Assembly (NCBI RefSeq): GCF_028368995.1
Contig: NZ_JAQNDL010000005.1
Coordinates: forward strand, 192,001-256,000
Reading direction: 5' to 3'
Length of the DNA stretch: 64,000 nucleotides
From: Nannocystis bainbridge
Lineage (GTDB): Bacteria; Myxococcota_A; Polyangia; Nannocystales; Nannocystaceae
Within the stretch, counting starts at the first letter, position 1. Each line of letters begins with the position of its first letter. Shown in pieces: positions 59,990 to 64,000 of the stretch. The position numbers and the translations under genes were made by a program. Under the pieces are notes generated by a model that had not been told where the DNA came from, searched no databases, and saw nothing but the letters and a program-made list of their open reading frames with translations.

Positions 59990-61257
59990 TCCCCGACGAC
60001 CTCGATCCCGCCGACGCCCTCGCGCACGTCCTGGCCGCCTGCGCCCCGCTGCCGGGCGAGCGGCGGGCCCTCCACGCCGCCCGCGGCCTCGTGCTCGCCG
60101 AGACCCTGCGCGCCCGCTGGGCCATGCCCGGGGCCGACGTCAGCACCATGGACGGCTGGGCCGTGCGCGCCGCGGACCTGTCCCCCGGGAAAGCCGATGC
60201 CGCGCCGCCCGTCGCCACCGACCTGTCCGCAGGGACAGCCGAGGTCGAGCTCGCGGTCATCGGCGAGAGCGCCGCCGGTCACCCCTCGCCGGCCGCCGTC
60301 GGCCCCGGCCAGGCCGCGCGGATCTCCACCGGCGCCGTCCTCCCGCCCGGGGCCGACGCCGTGGTCGCCCAGGAGGACGTGAAGCGCCACGGCGAGCGCC
60401 TGTGGATCGACCTCGCCCGCGCCGGACGGATCGGGCCTGGCCACTTCGTCCGCCGCGCCGGCAGCGACCTCGCGGCCGGGGTCGAGATCCTGTCCCCGGG
60501 GACAGCCCTGCGCGCCGGCGACCTCGCCCTCGCCGCCGGGGCCGGCCACGCCGACGTGCTTGTCCACCGGCCGCCGCGCGTCGCCGTCTTGTGCACCGGC
60601 GACGAGCTGGTCGACATCGGCTGTCCTCCGGGACATGGCCAGGTGGTCAGCAGCAACGGCCTCATGCTCGCCTGTCAGGCCGAGGCCGCCGGCGCCGAAG
60701 TGCGCGACCTCGGGCGCGTCGGCGACGAGCCCGAGGCGCTGCGCCGGGCCCTCGCCGACGCCGCCGCCAGCAGCGACGTCTTGCTCGTCAGCGGCGGGAT
60801 CTCCGTCGGCGACCACGACCTCGTCTGGCCGGCCCTGCTCGCTCTCGGCGCCCAGCCGATCTTCCGCCGCGTCCGCCTGCGCCCCGGCCGGCCGCTGGCG
60901 TTCGCGCGCCTCGGCGACACCCTCGTGTTCGCCTTGCCCGGCAACCCCGCCAGCACCTACGTCGGCTTCGAGCTGTTCACTCGCCCGGCCCTGCGCCGCC
61001 TCGGCGGCCACCTGCAGGTCGAGCGACCGCGCCGGCGGGTCATCCTCGCCGGCCCGGCCGAGGGCGCCGGCAAGCGCACCCACTGCGTCCGCGCCCGCCT
61101 GGTCGACGGCCGCGCCGAGCCGCTGCCGAGCCAGGTCTCCGGGGCCCTCACCTCTCTGCGCGCCTGCGACCTCCTGGTCCTCGTGCCCCCGGGCCCCGCG
61201 CTGCCGGCCGGCGCCGAGGCCGAGGCGCTGGTCCTCGCCGATCCAGGATCGACGTGA
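59986..61257 (+). CDS. moeA: Molybdopterin molybdotransferase
   Basis: STMDGWAVR, ISTGAVLPPGADAVV, TGDEL, SGGISVGDHD, LPGNPAS. Confidence 0.95.
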   Translation: MIPDDLDPADALAHVLAACAPLPGERRALHAARGLVLAETLRARWAMPGADVSTMDGWAVRAADLSPGKADAAPPVATDLSAGTAEVELAVIGESAAGHPSPAAVGPGQAARISTGAVLPPGADAVVAQEDVKRHGERLWIDLARAGRIGPGHFVRRAGSDLAAGVEILSPGTALRAGDLALAAGAGHADVLVHRPPRVAVLCTGDELVDIGCPPGHGQVVSSNGLMLACQAEAAGAEVRDLGRVGDEPEALRRALADAAASSDVLLVSGGISVGDHDLVWPALLALGAQPIFRRVRLRPGRPLAFARLGDTLVFALPGNPASTYVGFELFTRPALRRLGGHLQVERPRRRVILAGPAEGAGKRTHCVRARLVDGRAEPLPSQVSGALTSLRACDLLVLVPPGPALPAGAEAEALVLADPGST

Positions 61258-62396
61258 CGCGCCGCCGGACAGGTCCCGAAGGGCATGCTCATGGGGACAT
61301 GCCCGAGAGGCCATGTCCTCCCGAGCCTGCTCCAAAGAGCATGCCCAATCAGTCATGTCCCCACGGGCAGGTCCGCCCGGCCGGCGGCGCCAGCGAGTCC
61401 GCCGCGTCTGGGCCCGCCCTCGCCTCTTTCGCTACCGCCACCCCTGCAGTTCCTCCTGCTGCGCCCCCGCGCCCCACCGCGGCCTCGAGCCTCGTCTGCA
61501 CCGCCGAGCCCGACGACGATGGCGAGCGCGCCGACGTCGTCCTCGGTCGACGCCTCCCTGGCCTGTCGCGGCGGATCGCCCGGGAGCTCGCGCTGGCTGG
61601 CCGGCTCACCGTCGACGGCCAGCGGGCCCCGCCGTCGCACCGCGTTCGCGCCGGCGAGCGCCTCGAACTCGCGGCCCCTGCCGCGCCCGCGCCCCGCGTC
61701 GACGCCCCCGATCTGCTCGCGGTCACCGACGCCTTCGTCTACGTCGTCAAGCCGGCCGGCCTGCACACCCACCGGCTCCGGCCCGGCGATCCGCCCGCCC
61801 TGGCCGATCGGGTCGCCCTCGCCTTCCCCGAGTGCGCCGCCGCCGGCCTCGACCCGCGCGAGGGCGGCGCGGTCCACCGCCTCGACCGCGGCACCTCCGG
61901 CGTCGTCGCCTTCGCCCGCACCCGTGACGCCTTCTTCGCCGCCCGCGACGCTTTTGCCGCCGCCCGCGTCGGCAAGCGCTACATGGCCGTCACGACATGT
62001 CCTATGGGCCATGTCTGGCCGCCCGCCCCGGCCCCATGGATCGCGTCGCTCGGCCCCGCCCTCGTCGAGGTCGACGCCCCGCTCGGCCCCGGCTCCGGCC
62101 GCGACCGCATGGCCGTGCGCTCCACCGGCCAGCCCGCCCGCACCCGCGTCGAGCCCCACGGCCCGCCGGGCCCGCGCAGGCTTTGGTCGCTCGAGCTGCT
62201 GACCGGCCGCCGCCACCAGGCGCGCGTCCACCTCGCCTGGCTCGGCCTGCCGATCGTCGGCGACGCGCTCTACGGCGGCGAACCTGCCGACCGCCTCTAC
62301 CTGCACGCCCTGCGCCTCGATCTCTCGGCCGCGATCGCCAGCGAATCGCCGATCACCGCCCCTCTGCCGCCCGAGTTCACGGCCGCGCTCGGCTGA
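61254..62396 (+). CDS. RluA/RluD family pseudouridine synthase (start uncertain)
   Basis: S4-like region, VKPAGL, VHRLDRGTSG, TGRRHQARVH, PIVGDALYG, LYLHA. Confidence 0.9.
   Translation: MTRRRTGPEGHAHGDMPERPCPPEPAPKSMPNQSCPHGQVRPAGGASESAASGPALASFATATPAVPPAAPPRPTAASSLVCTAEPDDDGERADVVLGRRLPGLSRRIARELALAGRLTVDGQRAPPSHRVRAGERLELAAPAAPAPRVDAPDLLAVTDAFVYVVKPAGLHTHRLRPGDPPALADRVALAFPECAAAGLDPREGGAVHRLDRGTSGVVAFARTRDAFFAARDAFAAARVGKRYMAVTTCPMGHVWPPAPAPWIASLGPALVEVDAPLGPGSGRDRMAVRSTGQPARTRVEPHGPPGPRRLWSLELLTGRRHQARVHLAWLGLPIVGDALYGGEPADRLYLHALRLDLSAAIASESPITAPLPPEFTAALG
61266..61372. repeat. 14-bp-period array at the moeA/rluA junction
   Basis: Cores at 61270, 61284, 61298, 61312, 61326, 61340, 61354, 61368. 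Confidence 0.85.
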
Positions 62397-62409
62397 GCCA
62401 CGCTGCCCT

Positions 62410-62662
62410 CTATCCCTCGTGGGATTGGGTCGCTAACAGCACGTAGCCGGCGACCGTGAGCAGCACGAACCCCCCGAGCGCGAACACTGCACGCCGGACG
62501 TGGAGGTCGTCGTCCGACCGGGCTGTCTGCCAGGTAGACCAGCATCGTGTGCGCGTAGGGCACCAGGTTGGCGTGCTGCCACGACAGCACGGCGAGCGCC
62601 CCGACCCAGGCCAGGAAGCCGAGGCCGATCGGCGCCAGGAAGTTGGCGAAGCGCAGGCTCAT
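62410..62662 (-). pseudogene. Probable frameshifted small membrane-protein gene
   Basis: MSLRFANFLAPIGLGFLAWVG...LVYLA continues plausibly in another frame as DDLHVRRAVFALGGFVLLTVAGYVLL...HEG*. Confidence 0.4.
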
Positions 62663-62789
62663 CAAAGACTGGGCGGCGACATCGGCAGGCAGTCGACGAA
62701 GCAATCCGCCGTATCTGCCGCGAACGTGCCGAGCGGCAGCGACGCCCGCGCTGCATCGAGTGCGGGCAGATCTCGGAAGTCTGCGCCCG

Positions 62790-63450
62790 CCTACTCGCTT
62801 GCCCAACCGATTAGCGCCCGTGTCTGGGCCTGGGATGAATTCGATTTTGCAGGGCTCTCGATCATCTTGCTCGCTCGCCCAGGCGGGCCTCTTCTCTGCC
62901 TTCTACGCTCTTGCTCCGACACCTCGCCCCCGAGCGCTCTACTTCCTTGCTGCAACCATCTCGCACCGCGCTCGCCTACTCGCTTGCCCAGGCGGACCTC
63001 TTCTGCGCTCTTGCTGCAAGGCCTCACACGCCGAGCGCTCTACCTACTTGCTGCATCACCGTGCGCTGCCCTCGCCCCCGCCTTCGCCTCCTCGCTTGCC
63101 CCGAGGCGGACCTCTTCTACTTCTACGCTCTTGCTTCCACCCCTCGCACGCCGAGCGCTCTACTTCCTTGCTGCATCGACGCGCCGCGCTCGCTACTCGC
63201 GTGGCCAACTACGCTTCCTCTACGCTCTTGCTTTGATGTCGCACGCCGAGTGCTCGACTTCCTCGCTGCACCGACCATGCTCTCGCTACCGCCCTCGCTG
63301 CCCCAAGCTCTTCTACGAGCTTGCTTCGATGCCTCGCAAACCGAGCGCTCTACTTCCTTGCTGCACCGACGCGCCGCACTTGGCCCGCTGCGCCTCGTCT
63401 ACGCTCTTGCTTCAACACCCCGCACGCCGAGCGCTCTACTCCCTCGCCCC
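62790..63450. repeat. Degenerate tandem repeat, about 6 units of 86-120 bp, core CTAC-N4-TTGC
   Basis: ccgagcgctctac-type block (often followed by ttccttgctgca) at 62930, 63031, 63151, 63246, 63341, 63427. Confidence 0.85.
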
Positions 63451-63486
63451 AGGCCCTCGCAACCCGAATTCCAACCCATCCCCGCG

Positions 63487-64000
63487 TCACCCCGCCAGCA
63501 CCGGCGCCCGATAGGGCCCATGCCTGTAGTATTTCGGCCGCGCGTCGAGCCGCACGTGCAGCCACGGCACCGCGCCCCCTGACGTGCTCAGCCACAGCCC
63601 CGCCGGACTGCGGGCCCACGCCGCCTTCAGCGCCGCCCCGACCGCCTGCCACAGCGCATCCACCTGCCGCTCCGGGCCACTCCGCAAGAACGCCGCCAGG
63701 TGGCCGTACGCCGCGTAATCCGTTCGCGCGCGTGGCACCACCAGCACCGCGTCGCCGCCGAGGTTGGCGAACGTGCACACCTCCTCTTCTTCGTCGCGCT
63801 CGAGGTGCTCCGCGAACGCCACGGGCGACGGCTCGGCGCGCGACAGCTGAGGCGCCGACACCACCACCATCTCGAACGGCGACGCCGTCGACCTCGCCGA
63901 CACCGCCGGCGTCTCCCAGACGAACGCCGCGAACGGGCTCGCTGCCAGCGTCTCGGTGAGCACCGATCGCAGCGCCCGATCGGCCTGCAGACCGGCCGCC
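63487..64000 (-). CDS. Conserved hypothetical (DUF6940-like), 5' end beyond the window
   Basis: AFVWETP, FANLGGDAVLVVP, WLSTSGGAVPWLHVRLDARPKYY. Confidence 0.75.
   Translation of the reverse strand, partial: AAGLQADRALRSVLTETLAASPFAAFVWETPAVSARSTASPFEMVVVSAPQLSRAEPSPVAFAEHLERDEEEEVCTFANLGGDAVLVVPRARTDYAAYGHLAAFLRSGPERQVDALWQAVGAALKAAWARSPAGLWLSTSGGAVPWLHVRLDARPKYYRHGPYRAPVLAG

Noticed and set aside
62790-63450. CRISPR array
   Set aside because: Repeats are degenerate, spacers are related to each other and uneven in length, and there are no cas genes

Overview
High-GC myxobacterial DNA (Nannocystis-like gene content; inference). It is mostly ordinary chromosome: a flotillin/YqiJ/DUF3686 operon, aldehyde dehydrogenase, LysM-MepA, MoxR-DUF58-vWA, sthA, CDF transporter, MenA-like prenyltransferase, LolC/E-like permeases, tatA, MltD-like protein, moeA and an RluA-family synthase. 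The most notable non-coding feature is a tandem pair of complete Mx162-type retron msr-msd units at 34145-34750. Each has its own a1/a2 inverted repeat, candidate branching G, a perfect but sequence-divergent 24-bp msd stem and a terminator, and I see no reverse transcriptase anywhere in the window. Other highlights: a PilZ-PilZ-hydrolase-methyltransferase gene coupled to a TM-HK-REC-HD-GYP gene (candidate signal synthase/receptor loop); a pervasive TGTCC-N4-GGACA dyad that forms 14-bp-period arrays, including inside genes; a small structured RNA in front of a TROVE/vWA-like operon; a 6-Cys secreted peptide cluster; a DUF2169/PAAR-like cassette; and a CTAC-N4-TTGC tandem array. Family assignments come from motif recognition by eye, not database searches.
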